Shown one piece after another: positions 38,985-51,905 of a stretch of 64,000 bases of DNA. The stretch is taken from NCBI GenBank assembly GCA_964016885.1, contig OZ024743.1, positions 340,194,001 to 340,258,000 of the forward strand, written 5' to 3'. The position numbers were made by a program, and so were the translations under genes. The notes under the pieces were generated by a model. It saw only the letters and a list, made by a program, of their open reading frames with translations, searched no databases and had not been told where the DNA came from. Numbering within the stretch: the first letter of the stretch is position 1; every line of letters starts with the position of its first letter. This stretch comes from Eledone cirrhosa (Eukaryota).

Positions 38985-41900
38985 GATAGCAACTAACAGT
39001 GCTGCGATCGAATGTGGCTTTTTAGCCCAGCCAATGATCTAAAATGTCTTGCACAGAGTCGGCAACCAAAACATTTACTGGGAATAGTCGGCTGTGGTTG
39101 GAGTTCGTGTACTTTTGCATGTCGCTTGAGTCCTCCTGCTGATTTACATTCTCTACCACATGTTTGGCAAGCATGATGAGTAGCATCTCCAACAGCAGCC
39201 TGGTAGTCAACCACTGGTCTTACTTTATGACTGCGAAGATGACTTTCGAGTCCAGCTTTGCTTAGGCAGAGTCTCGCACAGACGCTGCATGTCAGAAACA
39301 TAGGAGGACCCTCGCCGTCTGGAAGTGCAACAGCAATACCCTTCCTCACGTCCCGCTTTACTTTCTCGTGTGCGATTCGAGATGCCTCAAAGGCAACTTT
39401 TCCCTCATATACAGTCTTTCTCCATTTATTACGATCAGCAGCAATATTTTCCCATGTATCAGCAGAGATGTTAGCGTCTCTCAGAGAGGCTTTCAAGGAA
39501 TCCTTATACCTCTTTTTTGGTTTATGTGGCGGTCGTTTTCCTTTAACCAACTCTCCATAGAAGAGTTGTTTTGGTATTCTAGAATCCTTCATCCTGGCAA
39601 GGTGACCACTCCAACGGAGTCGCTGCTTAAGCACAAGAGCTTCTATACTGTCACACATAGAGCTTTCCAAAATCTCGACATCACTGATGTGGTCCCTCCA
39701 GTGAACGCCATGTATCCGTCTGAGACACATCTGATGGAAACGCTCCAATTGCTTAAGGTGGCGTCGATATGTGACACAGGTCTCGCAGGCATAAAGAAGA
39801 CAAGAGAGTACACATGCCCTGTACACCTTTACCTTTGTCCTCCTGCATATGTCTCGCCGACCCCAGAGTCGCCTTTCTAGCTTTCCGAAAGCATCACTTG
39901 CTTTCCTAATCCTAAGTGAGATTTCACCGTCAAGGTTGCCGTATCGATTGACAGTGCTTCCCAGGTAGACAAACTGATCAACCACTCCAAGTCGTTTGCC
40001 ATACACATAGATGTTTGGTTCAGTGTACTGCCTACCAGGTGCAGGTTGGTACATGACGACGGTTTTCTTGAGACTGACAGTCAAACCCAGGGCAGTGCAA
40101 GCGTCAGAAAATACATTCAAAATGTGCTGCATATCACTCTCTGTGTGCGCTACAAGATCGCAATCATCTGCATACAAGAGGTCTCTTATGACTGATGTAA
40201 ATACTTTTGTCTTCGCAGCAAAGCGCCTGATGTTAAATATGCTGCCTGAGGTTCGATATCGGATGTAAACACCATGCTCGCAATTCCTGAATGCAATACA
40301 GAAAACCATTGCAAAGTATATGGCAAACAGGGTCGGTGCTGGAATATCCCCCTGTTTCACTCCATTTTTTACTGAGATAGGCTCCGACATGTTACCTCCG
40401 ACATTAACCCAAGCCTTCATGTCGTCATGGAAAGACCTAACTAAAGCAAGGAACTTATCAGGGCAACCAAGTTTCTGGAGAACCTTCCATAATGCATCTC
40501 TGTTGACAGTATCGAAAGCCTTTGTCAGATCGACAAAAACCTGATACAGATCCAAGCCCTGTTCAATGCACTTCTCCTGGAGCTGTCTAGCTGAGAAGAT
40601 CATATCAGTAGTGCCGCGTCCAACACGAAAACCAGATTGACTTTCAGGAAGGACACAATCTGCAATGTGTGTCAGCAGACGGTCCAGAAGCACCCTACAT
40701 AAAACTTTCCCCACGACAGAAAGCAATGATATACCTCTGTAGTTCCCACAATCATTCCTGTTACCCTTTCCCTTGTACAAGACCACCATTACTGCATCTC
40801 TCCAGTCCTCAGGCACGGATTCATTAGCCCATATCCTTCCAAACAGAGAGTGAAGATGTTGCAGGAGTCTCTCACCACCATATTGTAGGAGCTCAGCATG
40901 TATGCCATCCATACCTGGAGATCTTCCACTGTTCAGCTTCGAAATAGCCACTGCAACCTCCACAAGTGTCGGAGGTTCTGCGAGAGCTACTTTCACAGGA
41001 CTTTCCGGAATGAGATTGAGGAAATCTTCACTGACGACAGACGGCTGATTCAAAAGATCATCAAAGTGCTCTCGCCACCTTCGTAGAATTCCCTGTGAGT
41101 CACGAAGAAGTTCTTTGCCATCCTTGCTGCGAATCGGTGTCACCAGAGAAGAAGACGGTCCATAAACCTCACGCAAGAGACTGTACAACAGCTTTGTGTT
41201 ATTGCAATCAGACGCAGTTTGTATCTCACCAGCCTTCTCACTCCACCACTGATCCTTCATCTGAGAAAGACTCCGCCTAACACGTGATTTTACATCCCTG
41301 AGCTCCTCATGCAACGTATTCCTCTCCTGTGGTTTTGCCGTCAAGTAGCGTGACAGAGCGCGCCTCTTATCAGCCAACAAGTCATCTATATGCACATCTT
41401 TCTCATTAAACCAGTCCTGATGTTTTCTCTGCACCAATCCCAGAACACGTCTGCCTACATCATAAACCGACTTTTTAAGGGTCGGCCAATCCTCACCAAG
41501 ATCTGCAGCCTGCATCTCTTCTTCCAATGTCCTCTTCACATTTTTATCCTTAAGACGAGCAGCATTCAATCTTTTGGGCAGGGTAACACCAGGAGCCCGG
41601 ATTTTACGTTTGGTGATTAGATTCACTTTTGCGCGTACCAGGCGGTGGTCCGTCCAGCACTCAGCTCCACGAAGAACACGAACACACCGCACATCCTGTC
41701 TGTCACGCATCCTGACTAGGACGTAGTCCAAAAGATGCCATTCCTTAGATGCAGGATGCATCCATGTGGTCTTGAATTTGTTCTTTTGTTGGAACATGGT
41801 GCTGGTAACACACAGATCCAGCTCCTCACACATCTGCAGCAAGAGCATACCATTGCTGTTACACTTTCCCACCCCATGCCTTCCGATTACATTCCATGTG

Positions 41901-42546
41901 TTAAAATCCCTACCCACTCTAGCATTAAAGTCACCAAGCACGATGACTTTGTCTGCCTGAGGGATATTTCTTAAAACAGCTTTCAAGGCATGGTAAAAGG
42001 ACAGTTTTTCTTCATCGACAGAATTCATAGTTGGAGCATACACACTCACCAGGGTAGCATATCTTCCCCTGTCCAGCGGAACTCTCATGGACATAAGACG
42101 CTCACTAATCCCCACTGGGAATTCTTCTAATTTATTCACCAGTACAGTCTTAACAGCAAATCCTACCCCAGCCTCTCTTCTGGTTCCTTCATCTCTTCCT
42201 TTCCAGAAGAATGTATATTCTCCACAAAATTCCGTAAGATGACCATCTCCAGCTAACCTCGTCTCAGACAAAGCCACGATGTCAAGATCGTAACGTCGAA
42301 GCTCCTTTGCAACAAGAGCGGTCCTTCGTTCAGGACGCTCCAAAGAATCCCTGTCAAGCAGCGTCCGTACGTTCCAGCAGCCAAGACTAAATGCCCTGTT
42401 TGGCTCTATTACAATGGCACGATGACGGGCGGGCCCAGGTTGTGATAACTTGGGGCCCCTGCCCTTATTGCCAATGATCTTTTTTGTTCCAGAACCCAAA
42501 TTGGCAATTATCTCGTTTACATTGTTCTGGAACATCATTGAATTGG

Positions 42547-42580
<34 letters not shown>

Positions 42581-43020
42581 ACTTATTGACACTTATACGT
42601 ACGACATACACACACACGCATACATATGCGTGCACACAGCAACACTCATACATACAACAAACACACACACACGCTACTCTACTCACTTACACGCACACAC
42701 ACACATATATATATATATATTACCGTCATTACTGATACAAGATTACCAGATTATGTCACCTGTTGACTTTCAAGAGTTTGTATAGTTGAAGCCGATCGTA
42801 TTACAGTCCAGTATTACTATAATTGCTTTACAGCATAGAGTTATGGCTCTCCACGGAGTCAACAAAAGAGAGTACCAGTGATGCGCTGGCCAGTCGCTGG
42901 ATCCGTGCCAAAAGCAGAAAAATTATTATTAAAGTTGTTCTTAAGGCCAGGTCGCTGGTGATGGTGATGGCGACGGCGGTGGCGGTGGTGGTGGTGGTGG
43001 CAGTTGATGTTGTTGTTCTG

Positions 43021-43069
<49 letters not shown>

Positions 43070-43360
43070 GTTATTTTGAGTTTTTTTTTTTCCTTTCTTT
43101 TTTTTTTTTTTTTTTTTTTTTTCCCCTTCCCTTTTCTTTTTTCTTTTCCCTTCCTTTTTTTATGTTTTGATGCCGCTGTTGTTGTTGTTGTTGTAATTGT
43201 TGTAAATGTTCATTTCAGTTCATTCTGAAGCTGTTGTTGCTGTAAACATTAGTGCCGGTGTTGTTGTTGTTGTAGATGTTGGGGGTTGAAATCTGGTTGT
43301 TTGACTGAGTGATGTATATACACACATATACATACACACACATATATATATATACATTCA
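38510..43360 (-). mobile_element. RTE LINE copy 2 with leader and microsatellite-rich 3'UTR
   Basis: Intact ORF; 3' end ...cgagggggcagccatcat(gtat)n; native 5'UTR missing between T-rich tracts. Confidence 0.9.
38993..42538 (-). CDS. RTE ORF: APE endonuclease, reverse transcriptase, three C2H2 zinc fingers (~1181 aa)
   Basis: Uninterrupted from MMFQNN; fingers CSVC..HLRSH, CQTC..HAKVH, CRLC..HIRSQH. Confidence 0.92.
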   Translation of the reverse strand: MMFQNNVNEIIANLGSGTKKIIGNKGRGPKLSQPGPARHRAIVIEPNRAFSLGCWNVRTLLDRDSLERPERRTALVAKELRRYDLDIVALSETRLAGDGHLTEFCGEYTFFWKGRDEGTRREAGVGFAVKTVLVNKLEEFPVGISERLMSMRVPLDRGRYATLVSVYAPTMNSVDEEKLSFYHALKAVLRNIPQADKVIVLGDFNARVGRDFNTWNVIGRHGVGKCNSNGMLLLQMCEELDLCVTSTMFQQKNKFKTTWMHPASKEWHLLDYVLVRMRDRQDVRCVRVLRGAECWTDHRLVRAKVNLITKRKIRAPGVTLPKRLNAARLKDKNVKRTLEEEMQAADLGEDWPTLKKSVYDVGRRVLGLVQRKHQDWFNEKDVHIDDLLADKRRALSRYLTAKPQERNTLHEELRDVKSRVRRSLSQMKDQWWSEKAGEIQTASDCNNTKLLYSLLREVYGPSSSLVTPIRSKDGKELLRDSQGILRRWREHFDDLLNQPSVVSEDFLNLIPESPVKVALAEPPTLVEVAVAISKLNSGRSPGMDGIHAELLQYGGERLLQHLHSLFGRIWANESVPEDWRDAVMVVLYKGKGNRNDCGNYRGISLLSVVGKVLCRVLLDRLLTHIADCVLPESQSGFRVGRGTTDMIFSARQLQEKCIEQGLDLYQVFVDLTKAFDTVNRDALWKVLQKLGCPDKFLALVRSFHDDMKAWVNVGGNMSEPISVKNGVKQGDIPAPTLFAIYFAMVFCIAFRNCEHGVYIRYRTSGSIFNIRRFAAKTKVFTSVIRDLLYADDCDLVAHTESDMQHILNVFSDACTALGLTVSLKKTVVMYQPAPGRQYTEPNIYVYGKRLGVVDQFVYLGSTVNRYGNLDGEISLRIRKASDAFGKLERRLWGRRDICRRTKVKVYRACVLSCLLYACETCVTYRRHLKQLERFHQMCLRRIHGVHWRDHISDVEILESSMCDSIEALVLKQRLRWSGHLARMKDSRIPKQLFYGELVKGKRPPHKPKKRYKDSLKASLRDANISADTWENIAADRNKWRKTVYEGKVAFEASRIAHEKVKRDVRKGIAVALPDGEGPPMFLTCSVCARLCLSKAGLESHLRSHKVRPVVDYQAAVGDATHHACQTCGRECKSAGGLKRHAKVHELQPQPTIPSKCFGCRLCARHFRSLAGLKSHIRSQHC

Positions 43361-43379
43361 TACATACATACATACATAC

Positions 43380-43528
43380 ATGATGATGATGGCTGCCCCC
43401 TCGTTGTCGAGTATGGCCATTGCACGAGAAGAAAAAAATAAAATAAATAGATAAAAATAAAATAAAATAAAATAAAATAATAATAATAATAATAATAATA
43501 TTAATAAATAAATAAATAAATAAAAAAG

Positions 43529-43607
<79 letters not shown>

Positions 43608-43675
43608 TACATACACATACACATACACATATACACACACACATACATTAATAACAATAATAATAATAATAATGA
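43380..43675 (-). mobile_element. 3'UTR remainder of RTE copy 3
   Basis: atggctgccccctcgttgtcgagtatggccattgcac matches 38510-38550, followed by the same microsatellite order. Confidence 0.8.
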
Positions 43676-46600
43676 TTTCATTTATTAGCCACAAGGGCCG
43701 ACATGTAGGGGACAATACAAAGACAGGGACAGTGGGGGTTTACAATAAGGTCGAGTAAAAGTGCACAATGGCAAGACTAATTTAACAATGAAAATATAAA
43801 ATATAAAATAAACTATGCAAAATATAACAAAATAAATTCCCCGATAGGGGGTGGACGACACTGGGGTGATTCGGGTACCCCACCAATCCTGAACCACCCT
43901 GCGCTTCTAGGGCACCCAGGAGAGCACCCCTCTCCTCAAGATAGCTAGCCTATAGGCGCATGGTCAGAGTAGGCCCATTCACACGAGCCATTCTCGCCAC
44001 ATTCACCCACCTTTTAGCAAATGTACTGGGGGGCAGCACTTCTCTCTCCACCCTCACCCTCCTTTCCAGGTGAAACTTGAAGAAGTTGATGAGGGATTGG
44101 CCGAAGAGAAAAGTGTCTGTCTTTAGTCCTTTCAACCTGGTCCACCATATAATCTCTTTCGCAACTGCCACCAGACAGAGGAAAATGTCCTGCTCTTCCT
44201 GACCTAAGGAAGGTGGCGGCTCGATCTTCACTATGGACTCGGCCGATAACTGGATTCGTTCCACACGCGACAGTAGCTGTTCGACATAACTCCACAAGTC
44301 AGTAATGCACGGACATTGGACAAGTGCGTGCAGAACGGTTTCGTCGTTCTGTGCGCATCTTGGGCAGGTCCGTCTGACAGCACTTCCGTGCCTGTAGAGT
44401 TTATCCCGAACCGGCAGTGCCCCCCGGTAGCAATGCCAAGCGAGGGATTTCTGGAAATTGTCCATCGTCCCCGGCTCAAAAGTCCTCCGGTACAGACTGG
44501 TCAGTTCGACTTCGTCGAGGCCCAAAGCTTCTCCGAGTGCGTCATCGCACTTGCCCACCACTAATCCTCTATAGAACTCGAGAGTGGAAGTTCCACTGAT
44601 CGCATTGCCCGCTTGGTAGAGGGCAGTGAGTGCCTGGCAACATTCCAGGTGCCAGTCACCCAGTCTCGGTCTCTTCTTGACCCAGGACTGCAGCTCAGTC
44701 AAAGAAATGAGCTGCGGAAAGGCCCGTCTGATAAACGGCGACCACACCTGTTCACCATTGAGGCAGAATATCTGGAGATGTCGCAGCCTCAACGCATGTC
44801 TGCGCATCATTAGCCACGGCATGCCCAGCCCTCCGCGTAGAGGGTGCTGGCAGCAGATGGACCGCCTCACCAACGGAACTTGTCCCCTCCACAAGAATTT
44901 GAAGAGGAGCCGTTCCAACTTGACGAGGCGCGGACGGGGGCAAGGCATGACGGTTAGGCGGTAATAGATGACGGACGCGATGTACGCATTCGCCACCTCC
45001 GCGCGACCTTTCAGTGATAGCTTCCTCCCAGCCCATTTTTGGGTGAGACTGGCTACTCTGCTCGTTACCTCGTCCCAATTCTTTTCCACCTGGAGGTCTG
45101 GTCCGAACCAAACCTCGAGCAACTTTACTGGTCCGTCCGTCCAGCGCCCCACGACGCTGTCGGACGGCATGGGCTTGCCTCTCCAGGTTCCGAGCTGCAA
45201 GCCCACCGACTTTTCCGGGTTAAGTTTGGCTCCTGTCAACCTTTCATATTCCTTCAATAAGGTGCCGACCACCTCGATTTCTGAGGTGTTCGACACCATC
45301 ACGGTGATGTCGTCCGCATAAGCCGACACCGCCTTTCCACGTCCCTGTTCGAGCGGGATGCCTTGCAACATATCCAGCTTCCGCAGTAAAGGCTCGAGAG
45401 TCAATACGTACAGAAGGGAAGAGAGAGGGCAACCTTGACGGACCGATCGGGAGAGCCGAAATGGTTCCGAGAGGTGGCCATTAACCTTGACCACCGAGCG
45501 TGTACCGCTGTGCATTGCAACGATCCAGCTTCTAAAGACAGGGCCGAAGCCAGCTGCTTTGAGGACAAACTCCAGATACCGATGGTCGACCCTATCGAAT
45601 GCTTTCGATTGATCTAAATTGATCAGTGCCCCCACCGAAGCCAGGTTTACACCCTACCCTCTCTATGATGTATCGCATGATGTGGAGATTGTCGTGTATG
45701 GACCTGGCTGGGATTGCGCAAGTTTGCGCTTCCCCAACCAAATCCTCGACGACAAGCGCCAATCTCTTTGCTAACACCTTGGCCAAAATCTTAAACTCTG
45801 TGTTGAGCAGAGTTATGGGCCTGAAGTTGTCTAATGTATCCCTCTTGTTCTCGTCTTTCCTTATCAGCGTCACCACTCCCCTGCTCACAGAACTGGGAAT
45901 ACTCCCATTCTGCTGCCAGTTACAGTAGAGTGCTTCGAGGAGTTCGGAGAACAAGTTTGGCATATTTACGTAAAGCTCGTAGGGCAGGCCATACAGCCGA
46001 CAAGGGCGTCCTGAATTTCGGCTGAAGTAATCGGCCTTTCGCAGCGCTCAGCGTCGACCGTCGAGATGCGCGGCAAGCCGTCAAGGTAGGGACTGAAATC
46101 CGCTACTCTCTCTGACTCGCCACGCTCCCCGAACAACCGAGCAAAGTGCTGGCGAAAGGCCTCACACATCTGCTTGGAATCGCTTATCTCGTGTCCGTCT
46201 CGGTCCGCCAAAGACCGAATTGTGGTTTTATTACCACGCTGCGCCTCCGCCACGCGGGCCCATCGAACAACTTTAGTTCCCTTGTTTCTCAGCGCACGCG
46301 CCTTAGCTCTGACAATGCAACCTTCGTGTTTGGCATTGAAGAAATGGTCTAATGCCATTCTCGCCGCTAGCACGTCAGTTGCGATGCCACTACAAATAGC
46401 CTCGTCTAACTTATCTACCAGCTCCCCCTCCTTTCTATTTTTCTCTAACGCTAGTTCTTTGCTGAACTCTATCGAAGTTACTCTAATCTCTCTTTTGAGA
46501 GCCCCCCACCATCTGTTGTTGATGATCCCCCCTGTCAACTTTTGCTTAACTAACTTATTGACACGGTCCCTGTAAGCCTTATGTGCCGGAAATGATATGT

Positions 46601-47647
46601 TCAGCTTCCAGTAACCCGGTCCTAACCTACGCGTTTTATTTAGGTCGACCGTACAGATCACAAATTTGTGATCTGAATAGGCGACCGTTTTAAAAAAAAG
46701 TGGACAGCCCACACTATTTCTATCTATTTTCCTAATGAAGATCCTGTCTATATACGATCTAGATGACCCCATTCGGTTGGTCCATGTCCATACTGGCACA
46801 TTGGGGAAATCTAGTCGATACCTGTCAGACAGTTGGAACTGGCTGAGTAGGTGCTTGAGGCTTTTGCACCCCCCGCTCCTATCGGCTACTCCCACACAAT
46901 CCCAGCGTCCGTCTAAGATGCCATTCCAGTCCCCTGCTAACAGTAAAGGGCGAGACGTACCCAGAAAGGTCTCCAGGCGCCTAAAGAAGTCAGGTCGTCC
47001 GGCCCCTGTAGGGGCGTAGGCGGCCAACAGTCTAAAGGCACCACCTTCGCTACTGCTCACATCCAAGACCACCAACTTACCGTCCGGGTCCCGGAAGATC
47101 GACCTTACCTCGAGATCCAGTCCTTTCCTAAACAGCACTGCCACCCCACCCCCCATTCCCGGCCGGCTAACAGATGCGAAGATCTGATAGTCGTCGAAAA
47201 TGGGGGCTAGTGCACGCGTGTCGGAAATTCTGGTCTCGCTTACGGCAATCACATCCATTTCCAGCGACCGGAGGTCGTTGAGCAGGCGACCCTGCTTCCA
47301 GGGTGACCCCAGGCCGCGAACATTTAAACTTACTACTCTTAATATGGCCATATTGGTAAGCTAAGAGAGAGAGAGGGAAGGTTTACTTACCTCCCGGGTC
47401 TTGTGAAGGTAGGGTGGTTCGACCTCCATGGTTGGTGGGGTTTCTTTTGGGAACCCCTTTAAAACTCTTGATGTGGGTTTCACATTCGGGTTTCCCACGT
47501 CTTGAGGAAAGCTCTCTCGAATTTCTTTGAAGGAATTGAGTGACATTCGGACCAGAAGCAAATCTTCTGGCACGCAAAATGTGCTCATTTCAAAAATCTC
47601 CCCCTCTGTTTGAATGTCCTCGCTTCGCGCTAAGAGGGCCATCGGTT
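43675..47647 (-). mobile_element. Tx1/L1-clade LINE, 5'-truncated in putative ORF1
   Basis: SLNVRGL..GDWN..SDH (APE), NFRPITLLN, LDQSKAFD, VRQGCPLS, AYADD, CPRC..ETVLH..C; ends aataaatgaaatc(att)n. Confidence 0.9.
43950..47351 (-). pseudogene. Tx1-like ORF2 with two frameshifts (~45995, ~45630)
   Basis: ORF pieces 45966-47351, 45592-45963, 43950-45635. Confidence 0.85.
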
Positions 47648-49823
47648 TATCCGTCTGAGACACATCTGATGGAAACACTCCAATTGCTTAAGGTGGTGTC
47701 GATATGTGACCCAGGTCTCGCAGGCATAAAGAAGACAAGAGAGTACACATGCCCTGTACACCTTTACCTTTGTCCTCCTGCATATGTCTCGCCGACCCCA
47801 GAGTCGCCTTTCTAGCTTTCCGAAAGCATCACTTGCTTTCCTAATCCTAAGTGAGATTTCACTGTCAAGGTTGCCGTATCGATTGACAGCGCTTCCCAGG
47901 TAGACAAACTGATCAACCACTCCAAGTCGTTTGCCATACACATAGATGTTTGGTTCAGTGTACTGCTTACTAGGGGCAGGTTGGTACATGACGACGGTTT
48001 TCTTGAGACTGACAGTCAAACCCAGGGCAGTGCAAGCGTCAGAAAATGCATTCAAAATGTGCTGCATATCATTCTCTGTGTGCGCTACAAGATCGCAATC
48101 ATCTGCATACAAGAGGTCTCTTATGATTGATGTAAATACTTTTGTCTTCGCAACAAAGCGCCTGATGTTAAATATGCTGCCTGAGGTTCGATATCGGATG
48201 TAAACACCATGTTCGCAATTCCTGAATGCAATACAGAAAACCATTGCAAAGTATATGGCAAACAGGGTCGGTGCTGGAATATCCCCCTGTTTCACTCCAT
48301 TTTTTACTGAGATAGGCTCCGACATGTTACCTCCGACATTAACCCAAGCCTTCATGTCGTCATGGAAAGACCTAACTAAAGCAAGGAACTTATCAGGGCA
48401 ACCAAGTTTCTGGAGAACCTTCCATAATGCATCTCTGTTGATAGTATCGAAAGCCTTTGTCAGATCGACAAAAACCTGATACAGATCCAAGCCTTGTTCA
48501 ATGCACTTCTCCTGGAGCTGTCTAGCTGAGAAGATCATATCAGTAGTGCCGCGTCCAGCACGAAAACCAGATTGACTTTTAGGAAGAACACAATCTGCAA
48601 TGTGTGTCAGCAGACGGTCCAGAAGCACCCTACATAAAACTTTCCCTACGACAGAAAGTAATGATATACCTCTGTAGTTCCCACAATCATTCCTGTTACC
48701 CTTTCCCTTGTACAAGACCACCATTACTGCATCTCTCCAGTCCTCAGGTACGGATTCATTAGCCCATATCCTTCCAAACAAAGAGTGCAGATGTTGCAGG
48801 AGTCTCTCACCACCATATTGTAGGAGCTCAGTATGTATGCCATCCATACCTGGAAATCTTCCACCATTCAGCTTCGAAATAGCCACTGCAACCTCCACAA
48901 GCGTCGGAGGTTCTGCGAGAGCTACTTTCACAGGACTTTCTGGAATGAGATTGAGGAAATCTTCACTGACGACAGACGGCTGATTCAAAAGATCATCAAA
49001 GTGCTCTCGCCACCTTCGTAGAATTACCTGTGAGTCACGAAGAAGTTCTTTGCCATCCTTGCTGCGAAGCGGTGACACCAGAGAAGAAGACGGTCCATAA
49101 ACCTCACGCAAGAGACTGTACAACAGCTTTGTGTTATTTGAATCAGACGCAGTTTGTATCTCACCAGCCTTCTCACTCCACCACTGATCCTTCATCTGAG
49201 AAAGACTCCGCCTAACACGTGATTTTACATCCCTGAGCTCCTCATGCAACGTATTCCTCTCCTGTGGTTTTGCCGTCAAGTAGCGTGACAGAGCACGCCT
49301 CTTATCAGCCAACAAGTCTTCTATATGTACATCATTCTCATTAAACCAGTCCTGATGTTTTCTCTGCACCAATCCCAGAACACGCCTGCCTACATCATAA
49401 ACCGACTTTTTAAGGGTCGGCCAATCCTCACCAAGATCTGCAGCCTGCATCTCTTCTTCCAATGTCCTCTTCACATTTTTATCCTAAAGACGAGCAGCAT
49501 TCAATCTTTTGGGCAGGGTAACACCAGGAACCCGGATTTTACGTTTGGTGATTAGTTTCACTTTTGCGCGTACTTTTCCTTCGTTCAGGACGCTCCAAGG
49601 AATCCCTGTCAAGCAGCGTCCGTACGTTCCAGCAGCCAAGACTAAATGCCTTGTTTGGCTCTATTACAATGGCACGATGACGAGCGGGCCCAGGCTGTGA
49701 TAACTTGGGGCCCCTGGCCTTATTGCCAATGATCTTTTTTGTTCCAGAACCTAAATTGCCAATTATCTCTTTTACATTGTTCTGGAACATCATTGAATTG
49801 GGAAAAAAAAAAAAGTAATAATA

Positions 49824-49854
<31 letters not shown>

Positions 49855-50294
49855 TAGTACACTATTAATAATTATTAATGCACTCGTGCAATGCCTGTGC
49901 GTGACGAATATTTTTAAAGTGAGGAAAGACTGTGCACTGAGCCAATCCCACTCTCTGAGCGACAGTAGCTATAACCCGAAAAGAAGAAAAGATCAACATC
50001 ATCGGTAACTACTGAGCCGCAGGTTTTATATCGGAGTTAACCCAGTTTCCTGAGATGCCTTCTCCTAGAAGAATGCCCTGACAAGGGCTAGGGGTTCTTC
50101 ACTCCCAGTGGTTTAACTGCGCGATCGGGCATCCAGCCCGATTATTTCTATGTCCCAGCGCAAAAAAAAAACTCACTCATTGACACTTATACGTACGACA
50201 TACACACACACGCATACATATGCGCGCACACAGCAACACATACATACAAACAAACACACACACACGCTACTCTACTCACTTACACACACACACA

Positions 50295-50331
<37 letters not shown>

Positions 50332-50600
50332 CCGTCATTACTGATACAAGATTACAAGATTATGTCAACTGTTGACTTTCAAGAGTTTGTATAGTTGAAG
50401 CCAATCGTATTACAGTCCAGTATTATTATAATTGCTTTACAGCATAGAGTTATGGCTCTCCACGCTCTGAGTTCAAATCCCGCCGAGATCAACCTTGCCC
50501 TTCATCCCCACGGAGTCAACAAAAGAGAGTACCAGTGATGCGCTGGCAGTCGCTGGATCCGTGCCAAAAGCAGAAAAATTATTATTAAAGTTGTTTTCTT
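47648..50600 (-). mobile_element. RTE LINE copy 3 (most of EN deleted at ~49575, C-terminus lost)
   Basis: ORF 47630-49474 near-identical to copies 1 and 2; 5'UTR ~49860-50160 and partial leader to 50600, then (CATA)n. Confidence 0.9.
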
Positions 50601-50725
50601 CATACATACATACATACATACATACATACATACATACACACATACACACAGACACTCAGACAAACACACATACATACACACACACACACACATACATACA
50701 AACATAAATACATATTAGTAAATGC

Positions 50726-50802
<77 letters not shown>

Positions 50803-51010
50803 TGTACATATATATATATATATGCGTGTACATATATATATATATATGCGTGTACATATATATATATATATGCACACATACATACATACATGCATATATA
50901 AATATATACATACTTGCATGGGCACACATACATACAAATCCACAAAGAAACATACGCATACATACCCACATAGAAACACACACATAAGAATTTATCAATT
51001 CATACAGTTA

Positions 51011-51120
<110 letters not shown>

Positions 51121-51487
51121 ACAATTTATTATATCAGTAGGAAAGATAAGTGTAAATTGTTCATGTAACGACACAAACCAAAATGTTATTTGCTATATCA
51201 GTGAACAAAGAGATATAACTATTAAGATAAAATATAGTTATGATATCCTTTCTATTTAAGTGTGTTGTATTTAACACATATATGTACTGACGAATATATC
51301 TGAAGAAATGCAGCAAATCAATGATTTAGTTAGTTATTGAAAATGTCACAAGAAGTTTCAGAAATATTATGCACTGTTAAAGAGGTCAGTGTGAAGATTT
51401 CTTTGAAAATCAGTGAGAAAGAAAATATGTTATGAATAACTACTTCGAAACCCGGATCATAATGTACGTCTGTAATTTATGGTTAAT

Positions 51488-51905
51488 TGGCGGAGTGGGT
51501 AGAGCACCGGGTTAAATACGTCGATATTTGAAACGGCTCTTAGAACAAGTAAAATGAAAATATCACACGATCCACATGACAGGTGCAATGTGTCCGAAAA
51601 CGGAAGAGCCGAACTCCCACTGCCATCGCCTCCAACTCTCTCGCCCTCCCCATCTCTCTGTATTGTGAGAAAATGGGGTCCCATGTGCTGGCCGCCCCAC
51701 AGCCCCGGCGGACAGAATGGAGAAGGCGTTTCCCCGGAGGATGGTAAGGGAGGTGCGCTGGAAGAGCCCTTCCATCTCGCGAGGCTCACACCTGCGGCTG
51801 GACAGCTCAGCGCCTATGGTGGTGAGTAGGGAGGTAGCTCTAGGACCCCTGCTGAAGTCACCTTTACCTTTCATTCATTGTGCGTCCTGAGTTCAAATCC
51901 CGCCT
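51488..51905 (+). mobile_element. SINE head split by an insertion
   Basis: A box tggcggagtggg at ~51488; B box gagttcaaatcccgcc at ~51889. Confidence 0.5.
51542..51878 (-). pseudogene. CRE-like non-LTR retrotransposon 3' fragment
   Basis: LFQRTSLTILRGNAFSILSA resembles the QR.S..IQRGNA terminal motif of CRE-type restriction-like endonucleases. Confidence 0.6.
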
